Notes: a model not told the origin generated them from the letters alone. Numbered from the stretch's first letter, positions 40,917-52,200 are shown. The stretch is 64,000 bases of DNA from Marinicella sp. (GCA_965230295.1 OZ246001.1:3104001-3168000); one strand, 5' to 3'. Made by a program: numbers and translations.

Positions 40917-43900
40917 ATGGCAGCAATTATTCACAATTATCAATCAGGATCATCCGCTGTGTCATTAAAACGAAAAACCAACCCCAGTTCAATCAGTCAT
41001 ACCCCCAGCCGTTTGGCGCTTAACATAGCCATCACCACGGCATTAATCACGGGGTATGGTGGTAGAAATGCCTACGCAGGAACTTGTAGCGGTGTGGCCG
41101 GAACATACACCTGTTCTGGTCCCGCATCACCAGCTGATATCACCCAACAGTTGAATGGGTCTAACCTGACGGTTAATACATCCCCCGGGTTTGGTATTGA
41201 TACCACATTGACTGGAGATGAAGCCTTTAGGTTGTATGCACCCGCTGGGGCTGGCAATGTTATATTTACTGACACCAACAGTTCAATCATTACAGGTAAT
41301 GGTGCGGCCATTGATGTAGGCAATTACAATGATGGCTATATCAGTATCTTTGCCAATGGTACCTTAACCAGCAACACCAGAGATGGGATTTCAATTTACC
41401 AATCCAACAGTGCAACCAATGTTCAAGTGAGCGCAGAAGGTGCCATCAATGCCGATGACAGCGGTATCAGCATCAATAACTATGGCAGTGGTTACGCTGA
41501 TGTCTATTCCAGCGGCCCCATCACAGCGACCAACAACCAAGGTATTCGGGTCCGCAATGACCTTGCAGCCAGCAACATCACCATCAGTTCACAAAATGAT
41601 GTTTCAGGTAATGGGGGTATCTATGCCGGCAACTATGGATCTGGCACCACCACCATCACCGCCACAGGCATTGTGGATGGTGGCGGTGATGAAGGCATCA
41701 GTGTCAACAACTACAACACGGCCAGTTCAGTAACGATCACAGCCAATACAGTCACAGCCAATGATGAAGGCATCAGAGCAACCAATTATGGATATGGTGG
41801 CGTTCAAGTGACTGCCAATGGTGATGTCAGCAGTACCATTCGCAATGCCATAGACATCTACAACAACGGATCAGGACCCATCAACATCACCACCAGAGGT
41901 CTGGTCACAGCAAACAACGGGGTTGGCATCAACGCCTATGCGAGTACGGGCTCTACCGGTGTCACCATCAATGCAGAGGCCAACATCAATGCAGAAGATC
42001 CGGCCATCAACGCGATTAATTTTGGTTTATTCAACACCGACATCAACATCACCAATGCATCACTCGTGAGTACCAACAGCGATGCAGTGGAAGTCCGGGC
42101 CTATGCCGATTCCAATACCCTGAGCATCGATGCCATCAACAGCACCATCAGTGGTCAAACCAACGGCATTTATGCCCGTAACTATGGTTCAGGCCCAACC
42201 ACTGTTTACACCACCGGCAGCGTCACTGGCACAGCTGGCGAGGGGATTAGGGCCATCAGTGAAAACACCAGTTCAGGCTTAAGTGTGACCACACAAAGCA
42301 CAGTTTCAGGTAACCAGAATGGTATCAATGCGCAGAACTATGGCACAGGCAATACTGATTTGACCCTGTCAGGTCCTGTGGTGTCCACAGGCATGTTCTC
42401 CTCGGCCATCAATGTTTACAATGAACTGTCCACCGGAAATGCAACTGTTATTACCCAGTCAACGGTGACCTCACAAAACAATGGCATCAATGTTTACAGC
42501 TATGGCAGCGGTGTCACTTCGGTTGATGCCAGCGGCTACATCACAGCCACCGCTGGCGCGGGGATTATAGCTACAAATGGATCAAGTTCGACGGGTCTTG
42601 CTGTCACAGCCAATGGCGGTATCAACAGTTTTGATGAAGGCATCCGGGCACGTAACTATGCCAACACCAACTCCACAGTCACCGTCAGCAATGGCTCAGT
42701 AATCAGTAATGACAACACTGCCATTGAAATGAGTAATTACAACTACGTCAGTGACTTAACCTTGAATGCATATGGCACAGGTGCCATCAGTGGTCGTGTC
42801 AATGGCATTTACACCAGAAACTACAACGGTGGGTCAATCAGCATCACTGCCAACGGACCCGTATCAGCCACCAGTTTTGTCGGAATCAGTGCGATCAATG
42901 ATTATTTAGGGTTGAACATGTCAATCAATACCTTATCAGCTGTCAATGCTCGGTTTCAGGGCATCAGAGCCCAGCACTATGGTACAGGCACGCTGAGTGT
43001 TTTTGCCCAAGGTGATGTCTCATCGACCAACAGTGATGCCGTGTTTGCTTACAATGGTGGTTCGAATACCAGCACAGTCACCACCCAGGGAACCGTCACT
43101 TCTGACACCGATCGTGGTGTTTATGCATACAGTTCAGGTAATTCAGGTTTGTTAGACATGCAAATTCAAGGTGATGTCAATGCCGCAAGAGAAGGCGTTT
43201 TTGCCCGCCATTCAGGTGTCAGTAATTCACAGATCACGATCAGTTCGGCCACCATCACCAGTACAAATTCACATGGAATTTATGCCTATCAAGACAGCAA
43301 CGCAGGTCAATTAACTATCACCAGCAATGGCAGCATCACAGGCCAAGACAATGGCATCATGGCCACATCAATTGCCCCCAATAACATCACCATCAATGCA
43401 AGTGGATTGGTGCAAGGTCAAACTCAATATGGAATCTACAGCACCACCAATACGGGTGTATTGTCGATCATCAACTTGAATTCTGGTGCCAATGTGCTGG
43501 GTGGTATTTACAACAATGATGGCAACTCAATCTCTGTAGTCACTACTGGTGCTTCAATCAGTGGGCCAATCAACCTCGGTGATGGAAACGACATCATCAC
43601 ATTCTCAGGTGGTGACTTTTCAACAGTCAGTGTTTTCGATGGTGGTGATGATGCGTTGAGTGGTGATGGTTCTACAGATTCTCTGTCTTTTCAGGGTTCT
43701 TCAGGCCTGCTATCTGGAGGAGCATTAATTAATTGGGAAAACATCAACATCAGCTTAACTTCTAACATCCAATTTGATGGTGTTGATTCTTTCATGACAG
43801 AAGAGTTTGATTTACTCAATACCGGCGTCTTGACGTTACAAGACGGTGTCACTGATGATAACTTAACCATCAATGCTAATTTCAATGGCGGTGGTAGCCT

Positions 43901-44846
43901 CAATTTGGATACAACATTAGGTGATGAGAACTCAACCAGCGATGTATTAATCGTCAATGGTGACACCTCTGGAACCACCACTGTGAACATCAATAACGTG
44001 GGTGGGGCAGGGGCCATCACCGCGGCCCCAGGTATTTTGGTGGTCGATGTGAATGGTGCTTCCAATGGACTGTTCGAACTGGCTGCACCTATCAATGTCA
44101 ATGGTTATGAATATGATTTGGTTGCTGTCGGCGGTGATTATTACCTGCAAGGTGATGCCACTGATGCCGATTTATCGGTCAACAAGGAGCTGTTGTCCTC
44201 AGGGCCATTTTTTGTGGGTGACACCGTAACTTATGAAATCACAGTCACCAATGACGGTCCTTTGGATGCCACCAATGTGGTGGTCAGTGATGTTTTTACC
44301 AACCTCACATTGGCATCAGTCACAGGTGGTAGTTGTGCGCCAGCCAGTTTCCCGTGCACCATAGCCAATTTGGCTGATGGGGCATCTGAAACTTTAACCG
44401 TTACAGCAACCATTGATGCTGCAGGTGCCTTTGATAATTCGGCATCAGTCTCATCCGATCAACCAGATGCCAATAGCGCCAATAACACCGACAACACCGG
44501 CAATGGTGGAACCGCCATAGGTCGGTACTTCATTGGTGGTTCTGTCAGTGGCTTGTTGTCAGGCAATTACATGTTGTTGCAAAACAATGATGGTGATGAT
44601 GCCATCATCATGAACAATGGCGCATTTGTTTTCAATACGCCATTGGACGATGGTTCTAACTACAACGTGACCATTGAGATGCAACCGGATGATCCCATTC
44701 AGCCGTGCATGGTTGCCAATGGCAGTGGAACCTTGGCTGGAGTAGATGTCACTGATGTCAGCATCAGTTGTGAACCAGGTAATGATTTAATCTTCCGTGA
44801 TGGATTTTCTGCGCCACCGCCGCCCAGATTCATCGAAGAAAATTAA
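40917..44846 (+). CDS. Large secreted beta-helix (autotransporter passenger-like) protein with DUF11 and DLIFRDGF tail; no beta-barrel
   Basis: Repeated GI.A.NYG.G units, pertactin-like LDTTLGDENSTSDVLIVNGDTSG, DUF11 ADLSVNK...YEITVTNDGP. Confidence 0.8.
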   Translation: MAAIIHNYQSGSSAVSLKRKTNPSSISHTPSRLALNIAITTALITGYGGRNAYAGTCSGVAGTYTCSGPASPADITQQLNGSNLTVNTSPGFGIDTTLTGDEAFRLYAPAGAGNVIFTDTNSSIITGNGAAIDVGNYNDGYISIFANGTLTSNTRDGISIYQSNSATNVQVSAEGAINADDSGISINNYGSGYADVYSSGPITATNNQGIRVRNDLAASNITISSQNDVSGNGGIYAGNYGSGTTTITATGIVDGGGDEGISVNNYNTASSVTITANTVTANDEGIRATNYGYGGVQVTANGDVSSTIRNAIDIYNNGSGPINITTRGLVTANNGVGINAYASTGSTGVTINAEANINAEDPAINAINFGLFNTDINITNASLVSTNSDAVEVRAYADSNTLSIDAINSTISGQTNGIYARNYGSGPTTVYTTGSVTGTAGEGIRAISENTSSGLSVTTQSTVSGNQNGINAQNYGTGNTDLTLSGPVVSTGMFSSAINVYNELSTGNATVITQSTVTSQNNGINVYSYGSGVTSVDASGYITATAGAGIIATNGSSSTGLAVTANGGINSFDEGIRARNYANTNSTVTVSNGSVISNDNTAIEMSNYNYVSDLTLNAYGTGAISGRVNGIYTRNYNGGSISITANGPVSATSFVGISAINDYLGLNMSINTLSAVNARFQGIRAQHYGTGTLSVFAQGDVSSTNSDAVFAYNGGSNTSTVTTQGTVTSDTDRGVYAYSSGNSGLLDMQIQGDVNAAREGVFARHSGVSNSQITISSATITSTNSHGIYAYQDSNAGQLTITSNGSITGQDNGIMATSIAPNNITINASGLVQGQTQYGIYSTTNTGVLSIINLNSGANVLGGIYNNDGNSISVVTTGASISGPINLGDGNDIITFSGGDFSTVSVFDGGDDALSGDGSTDSLSFQGSSGLLSGGALINWENINISLTSNIQFDGVDSFMTEEFDLLNTGVLTLQDGVTDDNLTINANFNGGGSLNLDTTLGDENSTSDVLIVNGDTSGTTTVNINNVGGAGAITAAPGILVVDVNGASNGLFELAAPINVNGYEYDLVAVGGDYYLQGDATDADLSVNKELLSSGPFFVGDTVTYEITVTNDGPLDATNVVVSDVFTNLTLASVTGGSCAPASFPCTIANLADGASETLTVTATIDAAGAFDNSASVSSDQPDANSANNTDNTGNGGTAIGRYFIGGSVSGLLSGNYMLLQNNDGDDAIIMNNGAFVFNTPLDDGSNYNVTIEMQPDDPIQPCMVANGSGTLAGVDVTDVSISCEPGNDLIFRDGFSAPPPPRFIEEN

Positions 44847-44882
44847 AAAAACCGAAGAAAATTTAAATAGTTGATTCTGTTT

Positions 44883-44922
44883 AAAAAATAAGCTGCTTAA
44901 ATGTCCATATATTAAGCAGCTT
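44883..44922 (-). terminator. Intrinsic terminator closing the GGA array (may also serve the plus-strand gene)
   Basis: AAGCTGCTTAA/TTAAGCAGCTT 11-bp stem, U-rich tail on the minus strand. Confidence 0.8.
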
Positions 44923-45188
44923 GCAATTCATGATCACAACACACACTGGCATCCTAGCTCGTGACCAGTCCTTAATAAAGCCAATCCATTTTTGGCTTTT
45001 GGCATCCATGCTGATAATCGTTTCTCACTCAATTCCTAAAAGTGTGGCGGCATCCATTCCGCAGATTATCTTTTCCCTTCTAAAAAACATCCTGTTATTA
45101 ACTGCAGCACACTCATATCCATTTGAGTGATGCGACTTCCATGTCATCGCTACACACCTGAATCCATTCAGGTGTCCCGAAGCGGTGT
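44883..45188 (-). ncRNA. Candidate CsrB/RsmZ-like CsrA-sequestering RNA
   Basis: About 14 GGA motifs (many ATGGA/AGGA in stem-loops) in ~300 nt, all on one strand, ending in a terminator. Confidence 0.7.
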
Positions 45189-45980
45189 TTATGTACCTTG
45201 TGAATTTACATAAAAATTCAAACTGAATGGTTCATAAGTACCTTCCTCAACGCTTGACTCATATTGGTCAACTTTTTCAATGATCCTCACTCTTAAACTG
45301 TCCCGGATTTGTTTTAACTCATCAGACAACTTTTTTTTATTGTCCTGGTTTATTTGGGTTGACTCAACACTCCACTCAAGCACACTGTTGTCTGGGTCTT
45401 CGATGTTTTTTCTGAGGGTATTAACCACTTTAAAAAATTGGTTGGTCGCATAGTCATATTTTCTTGAGTCAGATTGTTTGTTTAACAACTCTGTTTTTAT
45501 GATTTTGACTTCATTCTTACCGATCAGTTCGATACACCCCAACTCAATCAACTCTTTAACTATCGTTGGTGCAGTCAGTCGCCCTTTGCATTTGTTGCAA
45601 AAGTTGTATAAAGAGTCTCCAGGACCTTTCTTGGGGAGCAGGTTGGTGTGGTTGTCTTTCTGATAATGGAAAAGCTCACCCAGTGTCAAAATGATTGGGT
45701 CTGAAGTTTTTCTGGGTTTTTGGTCCTCGGTTTCTTGGGTAGATTGAACCATTGAAATTTGCCTTCGATCTATCCCTGTCTTCAATGAAATGGCTGAAAC
45801 ATTTGAACTGTTGTTGTTCAGTTTACTGGCAGCATCAATGAACGCGACCTTCAGAAGCTCAGCAGTTTCATTGTATTTGATGTTATTGAGCAACAAAAAA
45901 TGGGCCAATTCATTGAACATGGGCTTCAATTTATTGACTTGTTTTGATTTTAATTGTGGTTGTGAAATTGCGGCTTCCAT
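45189..45980 (-). CDS. DUF6502-like protein (HTH-like N-terminal region)
   Basis: LKVAFIDAA...NVSAISLKTGIDRRQI...IVKELIELG pattern. Confidence 0.65.
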   Translation of the reverse strand: MEAAISQPQLKSKQVNKLKPMFNELAHFLLLNNIKYNETAELLKVAFIDAASKLNNNSSNVSAISLKTGIDRRQISMVQSTQETEDQKPRKTSDPIILTLGELFHYQKDNHTNLLPKKGPGDSLYNFCNKCKGRLTAPTIVKELIELGCIELIGKNEVKIIKTELLNKQSDSRKYDYATNQFFKVVNTLRKNIEDPDNSVLEWSVESTQINQDNKKKLSDELKQIRDSLRVRIIEKVDQYESSVEEGTYEPFSLNFYVNSQGT

Positions 45981-46266
45981 TAATTTGTGTCCCTAATTGG
46001 ACACAATAATAGCATGAGACTCAAAAAAAAGCAAACTAAATTAAGTTTTTCCCTGGGTAATTACAATAGGGCCATATAAAACAATAAGATATAAAGCCTT
46101 TAAAATGCCGCTATTGCTTAGCAATTATTGTACTTTTGCCAAACAGATCAAGGAAAGTGACTGGTTAAGTCAGTAGACTTAGGAGCTGACAGATCAATGT
46201 CTGATGTGATTTGGGCCATTCTTGTTGGTCCAACTCATACCAGCTAGAATAGTATTGGAGGCAATC

Positions 46267-47190
46267 ATGCTTTTGTTATCGAATTTATTGTCCTATTTAA
46301 CAGACCCTATTTTCTTGTTTGGCTTGTTGTTGGCGTTTTGTTTATTTTTGATCAAGTACCTGCTAAAAACCAAAAGAATCAAAGAGCTGCCTGTCGGACT
46401 GTCACAGAAGGTACCCCCTGTGGTTTGGAAGCATGGTTACCTTTTAGGTCTTTTGGTGATGGTGTCAGGCATCATGTTAAAACACAAAGAACTGCAACAG
46501 GCAGAGCAACAGAATGCCATGTCACAATTGATTGTGGAGTACAGCCAAAATATTTCAACCATCAGACAACTGTCAGAAAATACCAAGATTCAGTTGGAGA
46601 CACGTGCTGTTGTGACCAACTCATTGCGCACAAATGGATCGAGAATTTTGGACATCATGTTCCCTAAAGAAATCAAACCTGAAAACACAGACCTTAATAT
46701 TACCAAGGTTGTAGACGATTCATTTGAACAATTGAAAAAAGCCCGGTTATTTAACAGTAAACCTGATATGGATGCCTTTAATTCGATCAAAGGGAAAATC
46801 AGTCCTAAAGTGAATATGCATTTGGCAGAATTGAAATCTATGCAGGATATCAACGGTGATCAGTACATCATCAAGACCAGTATTTATCAAGGACATAAAG
46901 AAATCTTAGCCAGCATTGAATCGTTCGATGCACAAGCTTATGAAGATTTGATTTTAGAGATGGAGGAACTCCGAAGCCAATATGATTTGGTGTTAAACCA
47001 TGCTGAAGATTTCATCTCGGAAACCAAAAACTTCATGGACCGCAATACATTCATTGGGAATGGAGATGTCTATGAAATCCTCACCAAGGAGCGCTTGGCT
47101 TATAAATCATTAACTGAGTTTGATGCAGCCATCATTGGAAAAGCCAATGACTTGGTGCGGATGAAACAAAACATTCAAAGCTTTTTGTAA
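46267..47190 (+). CDS. Hypothetical membrane-anchored protein
   Basis: GGAGG SD, two TM segments followed by a helical domain. Confidence 0.7.
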   Translation: MLLLSNLLSYLTDPIFLFGLLLAFCLFLIKYLLKTKRIKELPVGLSQKVPPVVWKHGYLLGLLVMVSGIMLKHKELQQAEQQNAMSQLIVEYSQNISTIRQLSENTKIQLETRAVVTNSLRTNGSRILDIMFPKEIKPENTDLNITKVVDDSFEQLKKARLFNSKPDMDAFNSIKGKISPKVNMHLAELKSMQDINGDQYIIKTSIYQGHKEILASIESFDAQAYEDLILEMEELRSQYDLVLNHAEDFISETKNFMDRNTFIGNGDVYEILTKERLAYKSLTEFDAAIIGKANDLVRMKQNIQSFL

Positions 47191-47203
47191 ACATTTCCTC
47201 AGA

Positions 47204-48265
47204 TTATCTTTTTTTGACTTGGGTGACGAGTCCCAATGCATTCAGTGCGGTATAGACGGTTAACGGGTAGCGTTGTGGGATGTTCAGCAATTTACCTGTG
47301 TGTTGTAACGAATAAACCCCTCTGGACCACAATGAAATGATGCGGATGGCATGTTTGAATACCACCAATTTGGTTAAATCAGGCCATGCAGTTAATTTGA
47401 CTGGTGTGCTGAAATTGCTGTCATCGGGGATTTTACCTTTGCTGGCATTGATGCTGCTGAGCCAGACAAAAGGTTCGTAATCAAACTGGTGCAATTTTTG
47501 CAATTCGCCTCTTTTTAATTTAGGCAAAAACACTTTACTGTCTTTATAAAAAGGAATTTTATGTATGTTGATGATTTCTTCAGCAGTCTTTTTATGGTAG
47601 ATGAGTTTTGTTGTGGCATCCACATAAAACACGCCATAAACCGTTTTGATGCAGGCGGTTTTCTTCTTCAGTTTAGATAAATCGTAAGCATCTTTGAGGT
47701 ATTTAAAAAAGTAATTGTTTACATTGAATTGGACTTTCTTAACTTGGCTTGAATCACTGAAATCCACATCAGGGTTTATTCCAACATACTTCTGTGCGTA
47801 ATACCTGTCACTGCCATATTGGATTTGAGCGGGGTTGATCGCATTTGATAAATGCCTGTTGTATATTTGTTTTTCAGGTTTCTTCTGATTTTTTATTCGC
47901 AACCTTTCAGCCAAGACAGCGTAAAAGACATCCTTAACCAGGTATAGGTATTTGCTGAGCTCTCGATTCTTGTAAGGTTTTGTGATGACCCTTAAGTAGG
48001 GCTCATCTTGCAGATCCTGGGCATCGGTTAACAGAATCATCGGAATTGATGCTTCTTTTAACTGTTCTTTGAGGGTTTTGATTTCTGCCATGTCTTCATC
48101 TGACTCCTGGTTGTACAAGCAGACATCAGCCTCTTGTGGTTCTTCCATGAGTTCAATGGCGTATTTGGGGTCTTTCAAACGAGAAAAGATTAATTTTTTT
48201 GAAATGTTGTCAAAACCATAAAAACAGGCAGTTACATATTGGGTATCAAGGTTGTTCTTAATCAT
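47204..48265 (-). CDS. Hypothetical protein co-oriented with the MglA-like gene
   Basis: 353-aa ORF; C-terminal PVKLTAWPDLTKL...IISLW...ALGLV winged-helix-like end. Confidence 0.7.
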   Translation of the reverse strand: MIKNNLDTQYVTACFYGFDNISKKLIFSRLKDPKYAIELMEEPQEADVCLYNQESDEDMAEIKTLKEQLKEASIPMILLTDAQDLQDEPYLRVITKPYKNRELSKYLYLVKDVFYAVLAERLRIKNQKKPEKQIYNRHLSNAINPAQIQYGSDRYYAQKYVGINPDVDFSDSSQVKKVQFNVNNYFFKYLKDAYDLSKLKKKTACIKTVYGVFYVDATTKLIYHKKTAEEIINIHKIPFYKDSKVFLPKLKRGELQKLHQFDYEPFVWLSSINASKGKIPDDSNFSTPVKLTAWPDLTKLVVFKHAIRIISLWSRGVYSLQHTGKLLNIPQRYPLTVYTALNALGLVTQVKKR

Positions 48266-48309
48266 TTTAATTGTCTTTTTTTGGGCAGTTCAATACCGCA
48301 CTAAATTGT

Positions 48310-48870
48310 TTATACCCCAAATGAAACGGCTTTGTTTGAATTTTCGCGGATACCTGGATTGGCAAAACACAGCAACGATTCAACCAAGAGATTGACGTCT
48401 TCCTGGTTGGTTGTGTTGATGCTGAAAATAGGTGCAACAGCATCAATGTCAAGCAACATTTGTCGGGCCAATTCCTCAGTTTGTTTGATTCGTAAATAAT
48501 CAGTGCCTGTAACGCCGATAACCAATGAGTACCGTTTTAAAAACTTTTGGTGATTGGCAAGGGCGTTGTTAAGGTGTTGAATGGTTTCAGCATAATCGGC
48601 ATCTAATATCACCATCATACCCGTCATGGATGCAGTCTGTAAGGTGGAGACGAAATCGAACAAGTGTTGATCGTTACCCCCAAAGAAATCAATGCGATGA
48701 TCTTCATCCACTTGTAAGCTGCCAAAATTCATTTTGACCGCCACCGTTGTTTCTTGATCTTCAGGTTGGTATTTGTGGGTGATGGGTTTGTCTGGTCCAT
48801 AGCCAATTGAATTGATCAATGATCTGACTGCTGCATGCTCGCCACTGATGACGATGTTATAAGATTTCAT
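48310..48870 (-). CDS. MglA-like small GTPase homolog with degenerate nucleotide-binding motifs
   Basis: TTVAVKMNFGSL...IDFFGGNDQHLFDFV resembles the family pattern TTVAMDFG...LYGTPGQERFDFM; no GKT. Confidence 0.65.
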   Translation of the reverse strand: MKSYNIVISGEHAAVRSLINSIGYGPDKPITHKYQPEDQETTVAVKMNFGSLQVDEDHRIDFFGGNDQHLFDFVSTLQTASMTGMMVILDADYAETIQHLNNALANHQKFLKRYSLVIGVTGTDYLRIKQTEELARQMLLDIDAVAPIFSINTTNQEDVNLLVESLLCFANPGIRENSNKAVSFGV

Positions 48871-49152
48871 ATTCACTGCTACGCTTACTCCACGTAACAT
48901 TGTAAATAATAATGCAGACAATGTGAGTGATTAATTCAGATAAATTCTTAAGTTGTGAATTCAATCAAAATTTGAGTGACATTTGTTTATATTTTCCGGC
49001 AGCCACTGAACATTCAAATACTGTCATAACGCGTTGAATGGAATCAAAGAACAACATCACACTTGGGTTTATGACTTTAACAGTATTTTGCAATCAAGCA
49101 GATTGAGGACCTATTGTATTTTCATTGCTGAAAATGATGTATGTAGAAGATG

Positions 49153-49187
49153 AATTAAGAAGCTGGTCTGGAACCAGCTTCTTAATT
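49153..49187. terminator. Perfect 15-bp hairpin after the large secreted protein gene
   Basis: AATTAAGAAGCTGGT-CTGGA-ACCAGCTTCTTAATT. Confidence 0.65.
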
Positions 49188-49228
49188 TTCATCCCTGAAT
49201 CAGCCACCTCTGGCGGTCATACCATCGT

Positions 49229-52200
49229 TTATTCAAATCCATTGCTGAATATTTCATCCTGAAATTGGATGGGGATCGGCACCACCGATGTATTATCATA
49301 CGAGGCATCTGGCTCATTGGAAGTGGCATCGATGACATAACCGGCCTTATCAGGATTGAATCTAATGTCTGGTTGCATGGTGACTGTGATGGTCACTTCC
49401 TCATCCGGTAACAGGGTGCCCAGCTGACAAGTGCTGGTTTGATCGATGGTTGAACAACTGCCTTTGGAAGATGTGATGCCCAGAAATGTGACATCTTCAG
49501 GTAAGGTACCTGTGAAAGTTACATTGGTGGCCGGCAAGCCCACAATCGGATCGGTTGGTGGGTTGTTTTTTACATACAGCGTCACTTGGGTCACCTGTCC
49601 TGGTTCTGGATAATCCACTGGATCGACTTCTTCATCAACCAGGGTGATGTCAATCATTGGAATCACTGTAACCTGGGAACTGGCCACATTTGAACCGGCA
49701 CCTTCCTCATCAAACACTTCAATATTGACTGTCTGAACGCCAGGTGTCATGTAGGTATGGTCACCAAAAATTTGTCCCAAAGTGTTGAAAGTGGTGGTGA
49801 TCACTGGATCATCATCTGGATTATTGGGATCTTGTGGTGGTAATTGATTGGCCGAGTCTACAGTGCCATCACCCCAAGCAATCTGTAAAAAGTGGGCCTG
49901 ACCAGGATCTGGATCAATGAATTCAGCCATCAAAGGCAATGGATAGCCCAAACCTGCTTGAACCCCATCGCCAACAACTTTGTTTTTCAACAATGGCCAC
50001 AAGGCCTTGGGCAGGATTCTAGAGTTGCCATCGGTTATCTGTACCTGTGGTGGATCATTTACTGGAGCCACATCAATGTCGATGGTGCCTGCATTGGAAT
50101 CAAACACACCATCATTGACCTGGTAGCTGAACTGGTCGGCTCCAAAATAATTAGCATCTGGCGTGTAGGTCAGTTTAGCACCACTGCCTGTGAGTGTGCC
50201 ATGGACAGGTGGCTCAAGAATTTGATAGGTCAACACATCCAACCCATTGAAATCAACGCCTAATATGCCATCTGGATCATCGGCACCCAAGGTCAAGGCC
50301 AAGGCATTATCTTCATCGGTGTTCAACGTTGCATCAAAAGCTTCTGGTGGTCTGAAGTTGCGGCTGACGCTGATGGTGGCAGTGCCCACATTGCTGTCTA
50401 TCAGACCATCATTGGCCACGAATGAAAAACTGTCAGTCCCTTGAAAATCATTGTCTGAGGCATAGGTCACCACCACGCTGTTGTCAGTAATTTCTTTGAA
50501 TGGAGCGGTTTCAAAGATGTGCATCAACTCTCGATCATTGTCCAGCACGTAAAATTTACTGGCGTTGACACTGATGTCCAAGGGCATGCCCATATCACCC
50601 AAAATAAAACAACTGCCATCACAGGTCGAGGCGGCTTCACCCGCAAAATCCCCCAAGGCGGTGAAACGCTGAACCCGGCTGTTGTTGTAATCAGTCACAT
50701 ATAAAATGTCATTGGGATCCATGGCAATGCCCAAAGGTGTATCAAACTGACCTTGTCCCGAACCAAAGCTACAAGGGCCAGCAATGAATGGACCACAGTT
50801 GCTGCCATTGGCGATGATCACCTCACAAGGCGTGTCGTCAGAGCAGCTGTAACCAAAGCTGCGACCTTTGGGAACATCGCACCCCGGACCACTGTCACAG
50901 CGGCCCATCCAGCCGATATGATCACCAATGGTTAACGTGACGCCATCGGTGGTGGTGGGTTCAAATTTATGGATGCGGTCCAGCCCCGAGTCCACCACAT
51001 ACAAGGCACCGGTTGAATCCAACTCTATGTAAAAGCCACGGCTGCTGCTGCCAGCCACTGATGGCGCGCCGGATAAAAAGTTCTCATCATTCTTTAAGGT
51101 ATCCAAGAAACCAGGCACAAAATTACCATCGGCCCCATCGAATATATACACCCGACGCTTATCAGTGGCAAAAATCAAACCTGTGGCACTGTCTCGGGTT
51201 GCGCCCAACAGGCGCGGATTGCCAAGGCTGGATGGAATGCTGTCCAGGCGCCAATTATCCACCAAATTCAACTGGTCGTTATACATCGATAAGAACAAAG
51301 CATCTGAAGCAGTACCTGGTGTGACGGCATAAATAAACCCATCGGCATCCAAGGTGATGCGCTTGACTGAACTGTTCATATCTATTTGATCAACCAATTG
51401 ACCATCGGCATTCCACTGTGACAGGCGATCCCGAGTCACTGCTGAGGATCCTCCAGTATCGCAATCCCAGTACTTATCCAACACATAAGACGTGCCATCA
51501 TCAGCCACATGCACAAATTCAGATCGATAAACGAAATCAGTCGGTATGTCTTGTGGCGGATTGGCATCACAAAAGGCATCGTATAAATCGTTGCTGGGGT
51601 TGTTAGAATTATTCAGAATGTCGCCCACCAAGTCACCCGGTCGGACCCGAAAGTCTTCAATGAAATAGGGTACCAATGGCGCCACAAAGAATCCATTGGC
51701 TGGAGGTGAAGTGATGTCGAATTTCAGTGGATCAAAGATGCCAGAAATCAAATCTGAATCACTGCCGATTAAGGTCAGGTCGATGTGCTCTGAGGTCAGG
51801 CCATTGGCACTCAGGCTGTTGACTTGCGGTGCGGTGTTGGTGCCAGGTGTTTTGACTGTGATCCATTGGGTTTTGGTGTCTGAATTACCTGAGCTGTCGG
51901 TGGCAGTCCAGACCACTTCAGTTCGGGTGTCAGGATCAAAGCCACTGCCAATGGTGTTACTCACCACCGGATCAGGGTCTGCCACATCAAACACCACAGC
52001 TGTGCCCACATCAAAATCATCCGTACTGGCGGTCACATTGGACTCAATCACCCGGCTGGGTGGTGCCAATAAAATGGGTGGGCGGGTGTCCTCAACCGTG
52101 ATGTTTTGGGTCACCATGGCAATCCCTGAATTGGAGCCTCCGACCGGGCCGGTATCCAGTGCTGCCCAAGTGATTGTTGTGGTGCCTAACGGTAACAAAA

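Noticed and set aside
44921-45130. 69-aa plus-strand ORF
   Set aside because: TTG start, no SD; its recurring IH/SM/IP/IL residues are the antisense reading of the GGA array
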